61,363 nt of DNA from Pseudomonadota bacterium (lineage in GTDB: Bacteria; Oederibacteriota; Muellerivitia; Muellerivitales; Muellerivitaceae), in NCBI GenBank assembly GCA_021324075.1, contig JAJPJW010000211.1, positions 1-61,363 on the forward strand, written 5' to 3'. The notes beneath the pieces are model-generated. The model searched no databases and was not told the DNA's origin. It worked only from the letters and a program-made list of their open reading frames with translations. A program made the position numbers and the translations under genes. Shown piece after piece: positions 10,074 to 20,219 of this stretch. The stretch's first letter is position 1, and every line of letters begins with the position of its first letter.

Positions 10074-11105
10074 ATGAAATCCACCACTTACAAATCTTCC
10101 GGCGTGAATATTGACGCCGGCAATGAAACCGTCGACCGCATCAAAAAGCAGGTCGCCTCGACCTTCAATGAAAACGTCCTTTCGGATATCGGACTCTTTG
10201 GGGGTCTCTACGAATTCAAGGCGAAGAAAATCAAGAAGCCCGTGTTGGTGGCTTCCACCGACGGGGTCGGCACCAAGATCCAGATCGGCGTGGCCATGGG
10301 CAAGTACAAGACCCTGGGACAGGACATGGTGGGACATTCCATCAACGACATCCTGGTGCAAGGCGCCAAGCCCTTGTTTTTCCTGGATTATATCGCGGCG
10401 GGCAAGTTGAGCCCGGCGGTCGTGGAAGAAATTGTGGCGGGAATGGCCGAGGAATGCCGCAAGGCCGGCGTGGCCCTGATCGGCGGCGAGACCGCGGAAA
10501 TGCCCTCGGTTTACCGGGAAGGGGACTACGACATCGCCGGGACCATCGTGGGTGTGGTGGAAAAGAAGAACATCATCCGCGGAGAGGAAGTCGCCCCGGG
10601 GGATATCTGCATCGGATTGCCGTCCGTATCACTCCATACCAACGGTTATTCCCTGGCCCGCAAGATCGTCACCGAAGTGGTGGGGCTCAAATACACGGAC
10701 CGCGTGCCCGAACTTAACGGCATCATTGGGGACATCCTTTTGATCCCGCATAAGTCCTATTTCCATGAAATCTACCCGGTCCTGGACGAGGTCAACATCA
10801 AGGCCATGGCCCATATCACGGGTGGCGGGCTTGTTGACAACCCGCCCCGGGTGCTGCCGGAAGGCTGCCGTATCCGTTTCAAGGAAGGCAGTTGGAAGGT
10901 CCTGCCCGTCATCGATTGGCTCATTAAGCGGGGCAATGTGCCCAAAGAAGACGCCTACCGTACCTTCAATATGGGATTGGGGATGGTGCTGATCGTGGGG
11001 CCCAAAAAGGTGGATAAGGCGCTTCGGAAACTGCGTAAAAACGGGGCCAACCCTTCGGTGGTAGGCGAGGTCGTCGCGGGCAAAAAAGGCGTCGAGTTCG
11101 TTTAA
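10074..11105 (+). CDS. purM: AIR synthetase
   Basis: YKSSGVNIDAG, STDGVGTK, GGETAEMP, HITGGG, FNMGLG; AGGAGG SD. Confidence 0.97.
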   Translation: MKSTTYKSSGVNIDAGNETVDRIKKQVASTFNENVLSDIGLFGGLYEFKAKKIKKPVLVASTDGVGTKIQIGVAMGKYKTLGQDMVGHSINDILVQGAKPLFFLDYIAAGKLSPAVVEEIVAGMAEECRKAGVALIGGETAEMPSVYREGDYDIAGTIVGVVEKKNIIRGEEVAPGDICIGLPSVSLHTNGYSLARKIVTEVVGLKYTDRVPELNGIIGDILLIPHKSYFHEIYPVLDEVNIKAMAHITGGGLVDNPPRVLPEGCRIRFKEGSWKVLPVIDWLIKRGNVPKEDAYRTFNMGLGMVLIVGPKKVDKALRKLRKNGANPSVVGEVVAGKKGVEFV

Positions 11106-11117
11106 AAAGGGCCCTTT

Positions 11118-12884
11118 TTGGAAAACATTCTCCCTGCGCTTCAACGGTGGTTTTGGGCACTGACCCTCACCGCTGTCATCCTGGCGCCTTCCTTCCGGGA
11201 AACGGATTACAAATCCTACGCAGCCTCCATCGGGTTTTTGTTGCTGCTCCTCACACAAGCCTTCCGGCTTTTCAAGAAACCTGAAATTTCCTTTTCGCCC
11301 CTTGAGTTATACCTCGCCCTTTATGTGGGATGGACCTGCCTGTCCTATTTTTGGAGCCCCGTGGGGCTGGCGGCCTCGGAATACCTTGGGAGGTTTTTAC
11401 CCTGTGTGGGTCTTTTTCTGTTGGTTCGACAGGATGGCTTGATCGAAAAGCCCGATTTAAGGTTTTGGTTGGCTGGGATGATCGTGGCCATGCTCCTTGG
11501 GCTGGCGCAAGGCCTCCGCTTTGATTTCATCCCCGCTTATTTCCAGGAAGAGAATGGACGAATTTTTTCAACCTTTGGAAACCCAAATGTTTATGCCGCC
11601 TTTTTGGTTTTAAGTTTTCCAATCCTCTGCTTGGGTTTCTTTCCGAAAAACGATGCGCGCTCAACGGTTATGACCGGGTTCGTCATCATTGTTCTTTTTC
11701 TGAGCCTCTACCTGGCCCAAAGCCGTGCTGGTTTTGTGGGACTTTTGGCTGAGTTTTGTCTTTTGGTCTTTTGGGCATGGCCTCGGATAGCCCGGTTCCA
11801 ATATGGGAAATGGGCTGTTCTTTTTCTTTCAGCGGTTGTTTTGTGTTTTTTATACGAAAAAATCACGGCCTTCGCCTTCCGTCCTACTGAACGGCTGGAA
11901 GTTTGGAAGGGAACCATCCAAATGATGCTGGATAAGCCCGTTCAAGGCTGGGGCATCGGCCAATTCTCCCTTCATTTTCAGCCCTATATGACCGAAGAAC
12001 TTTCAGTCCAAGTGCTCCGGGACAACAGTTTCGCCGAACACGCGCACAATGAGGTGTTGGAGCTGGGCGTGGAATTGGGCTTGGTTGGATGGGTGCTCGC
12101 GGGACTCTTTTGGTTCCGGTTACTGGGGCGGGCAGTCCTTCAATCCCTAAAGCTTCGAAAAGAAGAGGGCCCGCTTCCCATCGGGACGATGGGACTGACC
12201 GCAGGGCTCCTGGGATTGGGCATTACAAACCTGTTTGACTACAACTGTCGCCTGTCCGGGATCGCTTTTCTCCTTTGGCTGTCCGCGGGCTTGCTGGCGA
12301 ACCGGGTTTTCCCTTCGGACAAAATCAAATTAAAAGCGCCTACGGGCGCGGTTTTATGTTTTTTATTGGCTGGTAGCGTCATCTTCGGTTTAGTGGAGGA
12401 AACCAGGCTTTTGACCGCCGTTTTGACGGAAAATTCCCAACGGGATTTTCTCAAGGAGATTCCGTCGGACCTTTCCTTGGAGCAGCAAAAGCTCTTGGAA
12501 GACATTAAAATCCGACCCAACAATCCAGATAATTACCATGAGTTGGGGAATTTATTCGCCAAAGCGGGGAGGCTGGATCAAGCTCAAATCGCCTTTGAAA
12601 AGGAATTGGAATTGAACCCCCGATCGGAAGGCGCCTTTTTGAACCTGGGTAATATCTTTCTATTGACCGCGGACAAAGACCCGGGAAGGCTGGAATTGGC
12701 TAAAGCCTGCTATGAAAGATGCATCCAATTGGATCCTCAAAAAATGGATGGGCATTTTGACCTGGCCTATGTTTATTTTCTCCATAAAGATATGAAAGGC
12801 GCTTTGGGGCAATTGAACGAAGTTTTGAAGATGGACCCGCAAAATGCCAAAGCCCTGGCTCTGAAAAGGCAGATACTTCCATGA
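11118..12884 (+). CDS. O-antigen ligase / O-oligosaccharyltransferase-like membrane protein with C-terminal TPRs
   Basis: Many TM helices, RIFSTFGNPN, SRAG, RLEVW, HAHNEVLELGVELGLVG (Wzy_C), C-terminal TPRs. Confidence 0.85.
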   Translation: MENILPALQRWFWALTLTAVILAPSFRETDYKSYAASIGFLLLLLTQAFRLFKKPEISFSPLELYLALYVGWTCLSYFWSPVGLAASEYLGRFLPCVGLFLLVRQDGLIEKPDLRFWLAGMIVAMLLGLAQGLRFDFIPAYFQEENGRIFSTFGNPNVYAAFLVLSFPILCLGFFPKNDARSTVMTGFVIIVLFLSLYLAQSRAGFVGLLAEFCLLVFWAWPRIARFQYGKWAVLFLSAVVLCFLYEKITAFAFRPTERLEVWKGTIQMMLDKPVQGWGIGQFSLHFQPYMTEELSVQVLRDNSFAEHAHNEVLELGVELGLVGWVLAGLFWFRLLGRAVLQSLKLRKEEGPLPIGTMGLTAGLLGLGITNLFDYNCRLSGIAFLLWLSAGLLANRVFPSDKIKLKAPTGAVLCFLLAGSVIFGLVEETRLLTAVLTENSQRDFLKEIPSDLSLEQQKLLEDIKIRPNNPDNYHELGNLFAKAGRLDQAQIAFEKELELNPRSEGAFLNLGNIFLLTADKDPGRLELAKACYERCIQLDPQKMDGHFDLAYVYFLHKDMKGALGQLNEVLKMDPQNAKALALKRQILP

Positions 12885-14947
12885 CGGTCCCCAGCGAAAA
12901 TTCTGTCCCAACCCCGTCCAAACCCCCACTGGCCCCCATGGGATGGGCCATGGCCCTGGAGAAGGCCCCACAGTTCCTGGCGGTTTTGCTTATTTTTACC
13001 CTGCCTTTTATAACTCAGCTTGAAGGTCAAAACCCCCTTTTCCCGAAATTCGCGGTCACCGAAATCATCGTTTATTTCATCCTTGGTTCCTGGGCTCTCC
13101 GTGGTTTTTTGACCGGAAAGCTGATATGGGTTTCTTCAAGGGCCCTTTGGGTGCTCCTGGCTTTCCTGCTTTGGGACACAGTTAGTTTATTTTATTCACC
13201 TTATTCAAAAGCCGGCTTTTTGCAAATGAAAGACGATGTGGTCTATCCCCTGTGGTATGTCCTGTTGAGCTTCACCTGCCTGGAGGCATGGCAGGCGGAA
13301 AACCTGCTTGTTTCTTTTTTAATTTCGGGTTTTGCGACAGCCCTCTGGGCCTTGGGACAAGTTTTCGGACTCGGAGACGGGGGTTGGACGATGGTTGTTA
13401 AAAACCAATTTCAGGGAAGGTCCCTTGCCGGTTTGGGAAACCCCGATTACTTGGCCGGCTTATTAACGATGGTTTGGCCTTTGGCGACGGCGCTTTGGAT
13501 GAGGGCGGCAAGCCGGTTCGCCCAGTCGTTTTGGGGGCTCTTGACGGCCGTTTCATTGCTTGCGATTTTTCTTACTGGAAGCCCGGGTGGATGGTTGGGG
13601 TTAACCGTGGGGACCTTGGTCTTCATGGGGCTTACACTCAAGGAACAGGGATTCCAGGGCTTGAAATGGTTCGCCTTACCAACCCTTTTGATAATGATGT
13701 CTCTTTTTTTGGCTCCCATGTCGAGCGGCCTGAAGGCTTTTTTAACCCCGGCTGGTGAGCCAGCCCAATTCCAATGGCAGGTTTGGCGTGGATCCGTCAC
13801 GCTGATCGAGGAGCGCCCCCTCCTTGGTTTTGGATACGGAAATTTTTCCACGGCCTTTCCATCCCATCGTCCGCCTTACCTGGCGTTGCACCAACCCCAG
13901 CGGGCTTCCGATGTTGGTCATGCCTCGAATTGGCCTTTGGAATGGGCGGCTGAAACGGGGTTCGTCGGTCTTTTCATGCTTTTGGCCTTCTGGTTTTATG
14001 TTTTGGCCCAATGGTGGAAGCTTTATAAAGCCAATGCGATCCCCAAATCCCTGGGGGCTGGGATCTTTGCGGCCATAGGGGGATTGGCCGTGGATAACCT
14101 CCTGGATATGAACAGTTACCTGCCAACAACCTATGTCCCGCTCCTTTTTCTTGCGGCTTTTCCCGTGGCCTTATCCCAAAGGTTTTACCGCATTGAGGGA
14201 TTTCCGCTCCAAAGGAAGGAGTTGGACTTGAGCCGGTGGAAAATTTATCTCCTTCCGGTTTTAGCCCTCTTGATGGCGCTGGTATTTCAAAGGGTTGGAG
14301 AGGCCTTTCAACGCCAGGAAGCCGATTTAGAGCTGAAAAAGGGCTCCGCTGCCGCATCGAGGGGAAACTGGGACGAAGCCTTGGATTTTTACGACAAGGT
14401 TTTGAAACTTGATCCGGACAATATCCCGGCCCGTTATTTTGAGGGAACGGCCTGCCTTGAAAGAAACCATCCGGGCGATTTGGCAAAAGCATTGGGCTAT
14501 TTTGACGCCGTGGAACAAATTACGCCTGATTACAAACTCATCCACTATCAAAAATACCAAACGCTTCTTCGACTGGGGAAAGATGCCGAGGCGAAGGACG
14601 AATTGAAACGTGCCGTCCGCTCCGACCCCATGCTGGTTTACCTATTGGACAACTTCAAGAGGGCCCGCACCCTGGCCGGATCGGGACAACTGGAAGAAGC
14701 ATTAATCATTTATCAAAACCTGTATTTCGACTATCCTACCTGCGTTCCGATGATGGTCAACTTCGCCAACTGCTTCGCAATGGCCGGAAATTTGAAATCG
14801 GCGATCCATCTTTACCAAGAAATACTTCTATTGGATCCGCAAAACGACAAAGCTTTACACAACCTTCAAAAGGTCGTAGAAGCGTGGAAACGGTCGAACG
14901 AAGCGGGCAATTCGGAACCGAACCTATTGGGAAGTGAGTTGGAATAA
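12881..14947 (+). CDS. O-antigen ligase-like membrane protein with TPRs (degenerate motifs)
   Basis: GNPDYLAG, PLLGFGYGNF, HASNWPLEWAAETGFVG, multiple TPRs; ATGA overlap with upstream paralog. Confidence 0.82.
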   Translation: MTVPSENSVPTPSKPPLAPMGWAMALEKAPQFLAVLLIFTLPFITQLEGQNPLFPKFAVTEIIVYFILGSWALRGFLTGKLIWVSSRALWVLLAFLLWDTVSLFYSPYSKAGFLQMKDDVVYPLWYVLLSFTCLEAWQAENLLVSFLISGFATALWALGQVFGLGDGGWTMVVKNQFQGRSLAGLGNPDYLAGLLTMVWPLATALWMRAASRFAQSFWGLLTAVSLLAIFLTGSPGGWLGLTVGTLVFMGLTLKEQGFQGLKWFALPTLLIMMSLFLAPMSSGLKAFLTPAGEPAQFQWQVWRGSVTLIEERPLLGFGYGNFSTAFPSHRPPYLALHQPQRASDVGHASNWPLEWAAETGFVGLFMLLAFWFYVLAQWWKLYKANAIPKSLGAGIFAAIGGLAVDNLLDMNSYLPTTYVPLLFLAAFPVALSQRFYRIEGFPLQRKELDLSRWKIYLLPVLALLMALVFQRVGEAFQRQEADLELKKGSAAASRGNWDEALDFYDKVLKLDPDNIPARYFEGTACLERNHPGDLAKALGYFDAVEQITPDYKLIHYQKYQTLLRLGKDAEAKDELKRAVRSDPMLVYLLDNFKRARTLAGSGQLEEALIIYQNLYFDYPTCVPMMVNFANCFAMAGNLKSAIHLYQEILLLDPQNDKALHNLQKVVEAWKRSNEAGNSEPNLLGSELE

Positions 14948-14980
14948 GGACCAGGCCGGTTTTAAGAACGGGGTTTTCCA

Positions 14981-15604
14981 TTGATCAAAATCGCGGTGTT
15001 TGCCTCGGGAGGCGGGTCCAATCTCCAGGCCCTTATCGATGCCCAGGAAACAGGCTTGTTTAGGGCCAAAATCGGCCTGGTCTTTTCCAACGTCGCCGAC
15101 GCCAAAGCGTTGGAAAGGGCCGAAAACCACCGGATCGAATCGGTCGCCATCACCAGCAAGGGTTATTCGGGCAGCCGGGAAGACTATGACCAGGAGGTTC
15201 TCCAGCTCTGCCAGGCCAAGAAAATCGACCTTATCTGCCTGGCCGGTTATATGCGGATCCTGACCCCTGCTTTAATCAGGCCCTTCCCGTGGAAGATCAT
15301 GAACATCCACCCGGCTCTTTTGCCGAAATTCGGGGGGGAAGGAATGTACGGCCACCACGTCCACGAAGCGGTCATCAAGGCCAAGGAGAAGGAGTCCGGT
15401 GCCACGGTGCATTTTGTGACCGAGGGGGTGGATGCGGGGCCCATTATCGTGCAGGGAAATGTAAAGGTTTTTCCGAACGACACCCCCCAAAGCCTCGCGG
15501 AAAAGGTCTTGAAGGTGGAGCACCTGATTTATCCCGAAGCGGTCCGGTTGTTTTGTGACGGAAAGATCAAAGTATCGGATGGGCGCGTCAAAATCCTACC
15601 TTGA
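14981..15604 (+). CDS. purN: GAR transformylase
   Basis: ASGGGSNLQA, LAGYMRIL, NIHPALLP, GATVHFV, DAGPII; TTG start. Confidence 0.97.
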   Translation: MIKIAVFASGGGSNLQALIDAQETGLFRAKIGLVFSNVADAKALERAENHRIESVAITSKGYSGSREDYDQEVLQLCQAKKIDLICLAGYMRILTPALIRPFPWKIMNIHPALLPKFGGEGMYGHHVHEAVIKAKEKESGATVHFVTEGVDAGPIIVQGNVKVFPNDTPQSLAEKVLKVEHLIYPEAVRLFCDGKIKVSDGRVKILP

Positions 15605-15612
15605 GGTGAGAA

Positions 15613-17187
15613 ATGGCTGAAGACAAAGTAAAGGTCAAACGGGCTTTGATCAGTGTTTCGGACAAATCGGGGCTGATCGATTTTGCCAAGGAACTGGCGG
15701 CCCATGGGGTGGAGCTGATCTCCACCGGCGGCACGGCCAAGGCCATCAAGGAAGCGGGCCTGGCGGTCAAGGACATCTCGGAAGTCACGGGCTTTCCCGA
15801 GATGCTGGACGGCCGGGTAAAGACCCTGCATCCGGTGGTGCACGGGGGACTCCTGTCCCTGCGTGACAACAAGGAGCACATGGAAACCATCGCCAAACAC
15901 AACATCAAAATGATCGACTTGGTTTGCGTGAACCTTTACCCCTTTGAAGCCACCATTTCCAAGCCCAACGTGGAGCTGGACCACGCCATTGAAAACATCG
16001 ATATCGGCGGACCCTCCATGATCCGGTCCGCTTCTAAAAATTACCGCAGCGTGACGGTGGTTACTTCCGCTTCCCAATATGCGGCCGTCACCAAGGAAAT
16101 GAAGGAAAACGACGGTGCCACCACCTTTAAGCTTCGCCAGGAATTGGCAATCGAGGCCTTTGGGAATACCGCCCGGTACGACGGAATGATCCATGAATAC
16201 CTGCACAAACGGCTGTCGGACAAAACTTGGCCGGATGTTTTCACGATGTCGGGCCTGAAGGTCCAGGAAATGCGGTATGGGGAGAACCCGCACCAGCCTG
16301 CGGCGTTTTACAAAGACAAGAACAATCAGTTGCCGACCATCGCCAACGGGAAGCAGCTGCAAGGCAAGGAACTTTCCTACAACAACATCATGGATGCGGA
16401 TGCTTCCCTGATGATCGTTAAGGAGTTTGATGAGCCTGCCGCCACCATCATCAAGCATACAAACCCCTGTGGAACGGCGGTTGGAAAGGACGTAACGGAG
16501 GCATTCGTGAAGGCTTTTGACGCCGATCCTTTGTCCGCCTTTGGCGGGATTGTGGCGGTGAACCGGCACGTGGACGGAAAAACGGCCCTGACTATTTTGG
16601 AAAAGCTGAGTTTTTTTGAAATTATGCTGGCGCCCTCCTATGATCCGGGTGCTTTGAAAGCCTTTGAGGCCCGTAAAAACCTGCGGGTCATGACGGTGGA
16701 AGGACTGGGTCAATCCAAGGAGATGGTGCCGGGTTACCATTTGCGCCGGGTGGAAGGTGGGTTCTTGGTGCAGGATTTCGACCAGGCGCCGGAGGATAAA
16801 ACCCTCTACAAAGTGGTCAGTGACAAGCAGCCCGATCCAAAGCTGGCGAAAGACATGGAATTCGGCTGGAAATTGGTTAAGCACGTGAAATCCAACGCCA
16901 TCGTCCTAGTGAAGGACGGGGTTTCAATTGGAGTGGGTGCGGGCCAGATGAACCGCGTGGGTTCCCTGGAAATCGCCATCCGGCAGGCGGGTGACAAGGC
17001 TAAAGGAAGCGTCATGGCTTCGGATGCGCTCCTGCCTTTCCGGGACAGCGTGGACGCTTGTGCCAAGGCCGGGATCTCCGCCATCATCCAAACGGGGGGG
17101 AGCGTCAGGGACAAGGAGGTCGTTGAGGCCGCCAACCAGCACGGCATCCCGATGATTTTTACGACCTACCGTCACTTCAAACACTGA
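15613..17187 (+). CDS. purH: Bifunctional AICAR transformylase / IMP cyclohydrolase
   Basis: RALISVSDK, STGGT, GRVKTLHP, IDIGGP, RYGENPHQ, KHTNPCG, KSNAI, RHFKH. Confidence 0.97.
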   Translation: MAEDKVKVKRALISVSDKSGLIDFAKELAAHGVELISTGGTAKAIKEAGLAVKDISEVTGFPEMLDGRVKTLHPVVHGGLLSLRDNKEHMETIAKHNIKMIDLVCVNLYPFEATISKPNVELDHAIENIDIGGPSMIRSASKNYRSVTVVTSASQYAAVTKEMKENDGATTFKLRQELAIEAFGNTARYDGMIHEYLHKRLSDKTWPDVFTMSGLKVQEMRYGENPHQPAAFYKDKNNQLPTIANGKQLQGKELSYNNIMDADASLMIVKEFDEPAATIIKHTNPCGTAVGKDVTEAFVKAFDADPLSAFGGIVAVNRHVDGKTALTILEKLSFFEIMLAPSYDPGALKAFEARKNLRVMTVEGLGQSKEMVPGYHLRRVEGGFLVQDFDQAPEDKTLYKVVSDKQPDPKLAKDMEFGWKLVKHVKSNAIVLVKDGVSIGVGAGQMNRVGSLEIAIRQAGDKAKGSVMASDALLPFRDSVDACAKAGISAIIQTGGSVRDKEVVEAANQHGIPMIFTTYRHFKH

Positions 17188-17203
17188 CCTGAAGGAAGCC
17201 AGC

Positions 17204-18481
17204 ATGGACATTCTTGTTGTCGGTTCCGGCGGCCGGGAGCATGCCATGTGCTGGTCCCTGGCTAAATCCAAGCGCCAGCCCAAATTGTTTTGCGCGCCCG
17301 GAAACGCCGGCATTTCCAAAATAGCCCAATGTGTGGATATAAAGGCCGAGGATATCGAGGGCCTTGTCAAATGGTGCAAAGACCGCAAGCCCGGCTTGGT
17401 CGTGATCGGCCCGGAAGTGCCCCTTTGCCTGGGATTGGCCGACGAATTGACGAAGGAAGGATTCCAGGTGTTCGGCCCTTCCAAGGCCGGCGCCCAGATG
17501 GAAGGAAGCAAGGATTTCACTAAAAAGCTCCTTCTTGAAAACCATATTCCGACGGCCCGGGCGGCGACCTTTACGGATTATGAAAAAGCCCTGGCCTATG
17601 TGCGGGCCCAGGGTGCCCCCATTGTCATCAAGGCGGACGGCTTGGCGGCAGGGAAGGGAGTCACGGTTTGCGAAACCACAGATCAGGCAGAGCTTGCGCT
17701 TGAAGAAGCGATGAAAAAAAAGGCTTTCGGTGAAGCCGGCTCCAAGGTGGTGATTGAGGAGTTCCTCAAGGGGGAAGAAGCATCCATTTTGGCCTTCGTG
17801 GACGGGGAAACCATCGTCCCCATGGTCAGCGCCCAGGACCACAAGCGGGTTTTTGACGGTGACAAAGGGCCTAATACGGGTGGAATGGGAGCCTATTCCC
17901 CGGCGCCAGTGGTGACGGAAAGCCTGCATGAGGAAATCCTGGATAAAATCCTCAAACCAACGGTTGCCGCCCTTCAACGGATGGGAATTGTTTATAAAGG
18001 GGTTCTCTATGCCGGTTTGATGATCACCCCGGAAGGCCCTAAGGTCATTGAATACAACTGCCGGTTTGGGGACCCTGAAACCCAGGTGGTCCTGCCCCGG
18101 CTAAAAACGGATTTTGTCAACATCTGCATGGCCGTGGCCCAGGGCAAGTTGTCTCATTTGAAGATCGAATGGGATGAAAGGCCGGCGGCCTGCGTTGTCA
18201 TGGCTTCTGAAGGGTATCCAGGGGCTTATCCCAAGGGAAAGGTTATTGAAGGCCTTGAAAAGGCCGCCGCCCATGCCGATTCATACGTCTTTCACGCGGG
18301 TACGGCTCTGGTGGGATACAAAACAGTCACTTCCGGGGGCAGGGTCCTTTGTGTGACGGGTTTGGGGGCCACGATTCAGGAAGCATTGGATCATGCTTAC
18401 CAAGCCGTCGGCGACATCCATTTTGAGGGTGTGCATTTTCGAAAAGACATCGGTTGGCGGGCCCTCACCAGCGGCCGTTAG
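17204..18481 (+). CDS. purD: Phosphoribosylamine-glycine ligase
   Basis: GSGGREHA, KADGLAAGKGV, GPNTGGMG, EYNCRFGDPETQ. Confidence 0.97.
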   Translation: MDILVVGSGGREHAMCWSLAKSKRQPKLFCAPGNAGISKIAQCVDIKAEDIEGLVKWCKDRKPGLVVIGPEVPLCLGLADELTKEGFQVFGPSKAGAQMEGSKDFTKKLLLENHIPTARAATFTDYEKALAYVRAQGAPIVIKADGLAAGKGVTVCETTDQAELALEEAMKKKAFGEAGSKVVIEEFLKGEEASILAFVDGETIVPMVSAQDHKRVFDGDKGPNTGGMGAYSPAPVVTESLHEEILDKILKPTVAALQRMGIVYKGVLYAGLMITPEGPKVIEYNCRFGDPETQVVLPRLKTDFVNICMAVAQGKLSHLKIEWDERPAACVVMASEGYPGAYPKGKVIEGLEKAAAHADSYVFHAGTALVGYKTVTSGGRVLCVTGLGATIQEALDHAYQAVGDIHFEGVHFRKDIGWRALTSGR

Positions 18482-18620
18482 CCCTGTCAAAAGGAACTCT
18501 TCTCTTTGTCCCTTTGGCATAAAAATGGGTGGAAAACTCAGTTTCCTGCTGAAAAATTCAAGTTTCTTTGAGAAAATTGATTAAAGAAATGCGGTGCTGA
18601 GGCCGCGAACGGAAAAGACC

Positions 18621-19274
18621 ATGGGCGAAAAAACCGATTCCAAATCCTTGCCTTACACCCCGGCGAACCTCCAGCAGGTGGCCAAGGTCATTAAAGAGGG
18701 CGGGATTGCCGTTTTCCCAACGGATACCGTTTATGATATCGGCTGTTCGGTGAAAAAGCCGGATGCACTCAAGCGCATATTTAAGATCAAAGACCGCCCC
18801 CTCAATCAGTCCCTTTCCATCCTCATTTCGAGACCCGAAGTGGCCCTCGAAATTGCGGATTTCAAGGATAAGGACCTGGATATTTTGAAGAAGATTTGGC
18901 CGGGTCCCTGGACATTGATCACCCGCGCTAAAGTTCATTTGGCTCCCGGCGGTGTCGGGCCCGATGGAACGGTGGCCCTGCGCTGTCCCGACCATGGGAT
19001 TGCCCTGGAGTTGCTCCGCACGGCTGGGGACACCTTGGCCGTCTCCAGCGCCAATTTTTCCGGTGGAAAAAGTCCCGTCCGGTTCGATGAGGTTGACCCG
19101 GAAATCCTTGAAAAGGTGGATGCGGCCCTGGATGCGGGCGTTTGCCCACTGGGTGGGGAAACCGCCATCGCCAAATTCGACAAGAAACGCCTCTCCATCG
19201 TCCGAACGGGCTGTGTTTCCAAGGAAGAAGTTGCCAGAGTGGAGGCTCTTTTAACCCAGCTTTTACAGGAATAG
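18621..19274 (+). CDS. tsaC: L-threonylcarbamoyladenylate synthase (YrdC/TsaC family, divergent)
   Basis: FPTDTVY, KDR, WPGP, SANFSG motifs; lies before LMW phosphatase and rpiB. Confidence 0.85.
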   Translation: MGEKTDSKSLPYTPANLQQVAKVIKEGGIAVFPTDTVYDIGCSVKKPDALKRIFKIKDRPLNQSLSILISRPEVALEIADFKDKDLDILKKIWPGPWTLITRAKVHLAPGGVGPDGTVALRCPDHGIALELLRTAGDTLAVSSANFSGGKSPVRFDEVDPEILEKVDAALDAGVCPLGGETAIAKFDKKRLSIVRTGCVSKEEVARVEALLTQLLQE

Positions 19275-19291
19275 AAAACGGGGGAAAAGGG

Positions 19292-19744
19292 TTGGCCAAG
19301 AAAATCCTATTCGTTTGCACCGGAAACACCTGCCGAAGTCCCATGGCCGAGGGGTTGCTCAAGAAAATAGCCAATGACAACCAATTTTCCGTGGAAGTCC
19401 GGTCGGCTGGAATAGCGGCCTTTCCCGGTGTTCCGGTGACGGCCGAAGCGGTCCAGGCTTGCCGGGAAAAGGGGGTGGATATTTCCTCCTACCAAAGCCA
19501 GCCCTTGAGCAAAAACCTGGTGATGGACAGCGACTTGATTTTGACCATGACGGGCAAGCATAAAGAGATGATCCTCAAGAAGATGCCGGCGTTGGAACCC
19601 AAGGTCGCCCTTCTTTCCGAATTCGCCGGGGCCGGGGCGGAAGACGTGGAAGACCCTGTCGGCCAGCCCATCGACGCCTACCGGGCCGTGCTGGGCCAGA
19701 TGGAAGAGTATCTAAAAAAGGCCTTGGACAAGATTAAAAACTAA
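19292..19744 (+). CDS. Low-molecular-weight protein Arg/Tyr phosphatase (YwlE-like)
   Basis: ILFVCTGNTCRSPMAEG P-loop, DP motif; TTG start at 19292. Confidence 0.92.
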   Translation: MAKKILFVCTGNTCRSPMAEGLLKKIANDNQFSVEVRSAGIAAFPGVPVTAEAVQACREKGVDISSYQSQPLSKNLVMDSDLILTMTGKHKEMILKKMPALEPKVALLSEFAGAGAEDVEDPVGQPIDAYRAVLGQMEEYLKKALDKIKN

Positions 19745-19754
19745 AAGGAACCAA

Positions 19755-20210
19755 ATGAAAATCGCCATTGGATCGGACCACGCGGGTTTCGATTTGAAAC
19801 AAGTTTTGGTGAAACACCTGACCGAAAAAGGACACCAAGTGAAGGATATGGGTGCTCCCAACGCGGAAGCCAGCGATTATCCCGTTTACGGTGAAAAGGT
19901 GGCAGAGGCGGTGGCTACCCACCAAGCGGATCGGGGAATTGTTGTTTGCGGCAATGGTATCGGCATGTCCATTGTGGCCAATAAGGTACCGGGGGTGAGG
20001 GCGGCGCTGGTTTTCACCGAAAAAATGGCCGAGCAAACACGAAGCCACAATGATTCCAACGTCCTTTCCCTGGCGGGCCGGGACCTCCCTACGGAAACCA
20101 ATTTAAAATTGGCCGACATTTGGTTGAATACGCCGTTCAGCAATGTCGACCGGCACGTCCGCCGCGTCCATGAGATCGAAAACATCGAAAAAGAGCATTT
20201 GAAGCCGTAA
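19755..20210 (+). CDS. rpiB: Ribose-5-phosphate isomerase B
   Basis: IGSDHAG, CGNGIGMSIVANK, HNDSNVL, RHVRR. Confidence 0.95.
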   Translation: MKIAIGSDHAGFDLKQVLVKHLTEKGHQVKDMGAPNAEASDYPVYGEKVAEAVATHQADRGIVVCGNGIGMSIVANKVPGVRAALVFTEKMAEQTRSHNDSNVLSLAGRDLPTETNLKLADIWLNTPFSNVDRHVRRVHEIENIEKEHLKP

Positions 20211-20219
20211 GGAGGTCCC

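Noticed and set aside
2614-18481. Absence of purE, purK and purC from the pur cluster
   Set aside because: These genes are often located elsewhere; cannot be judged from one window
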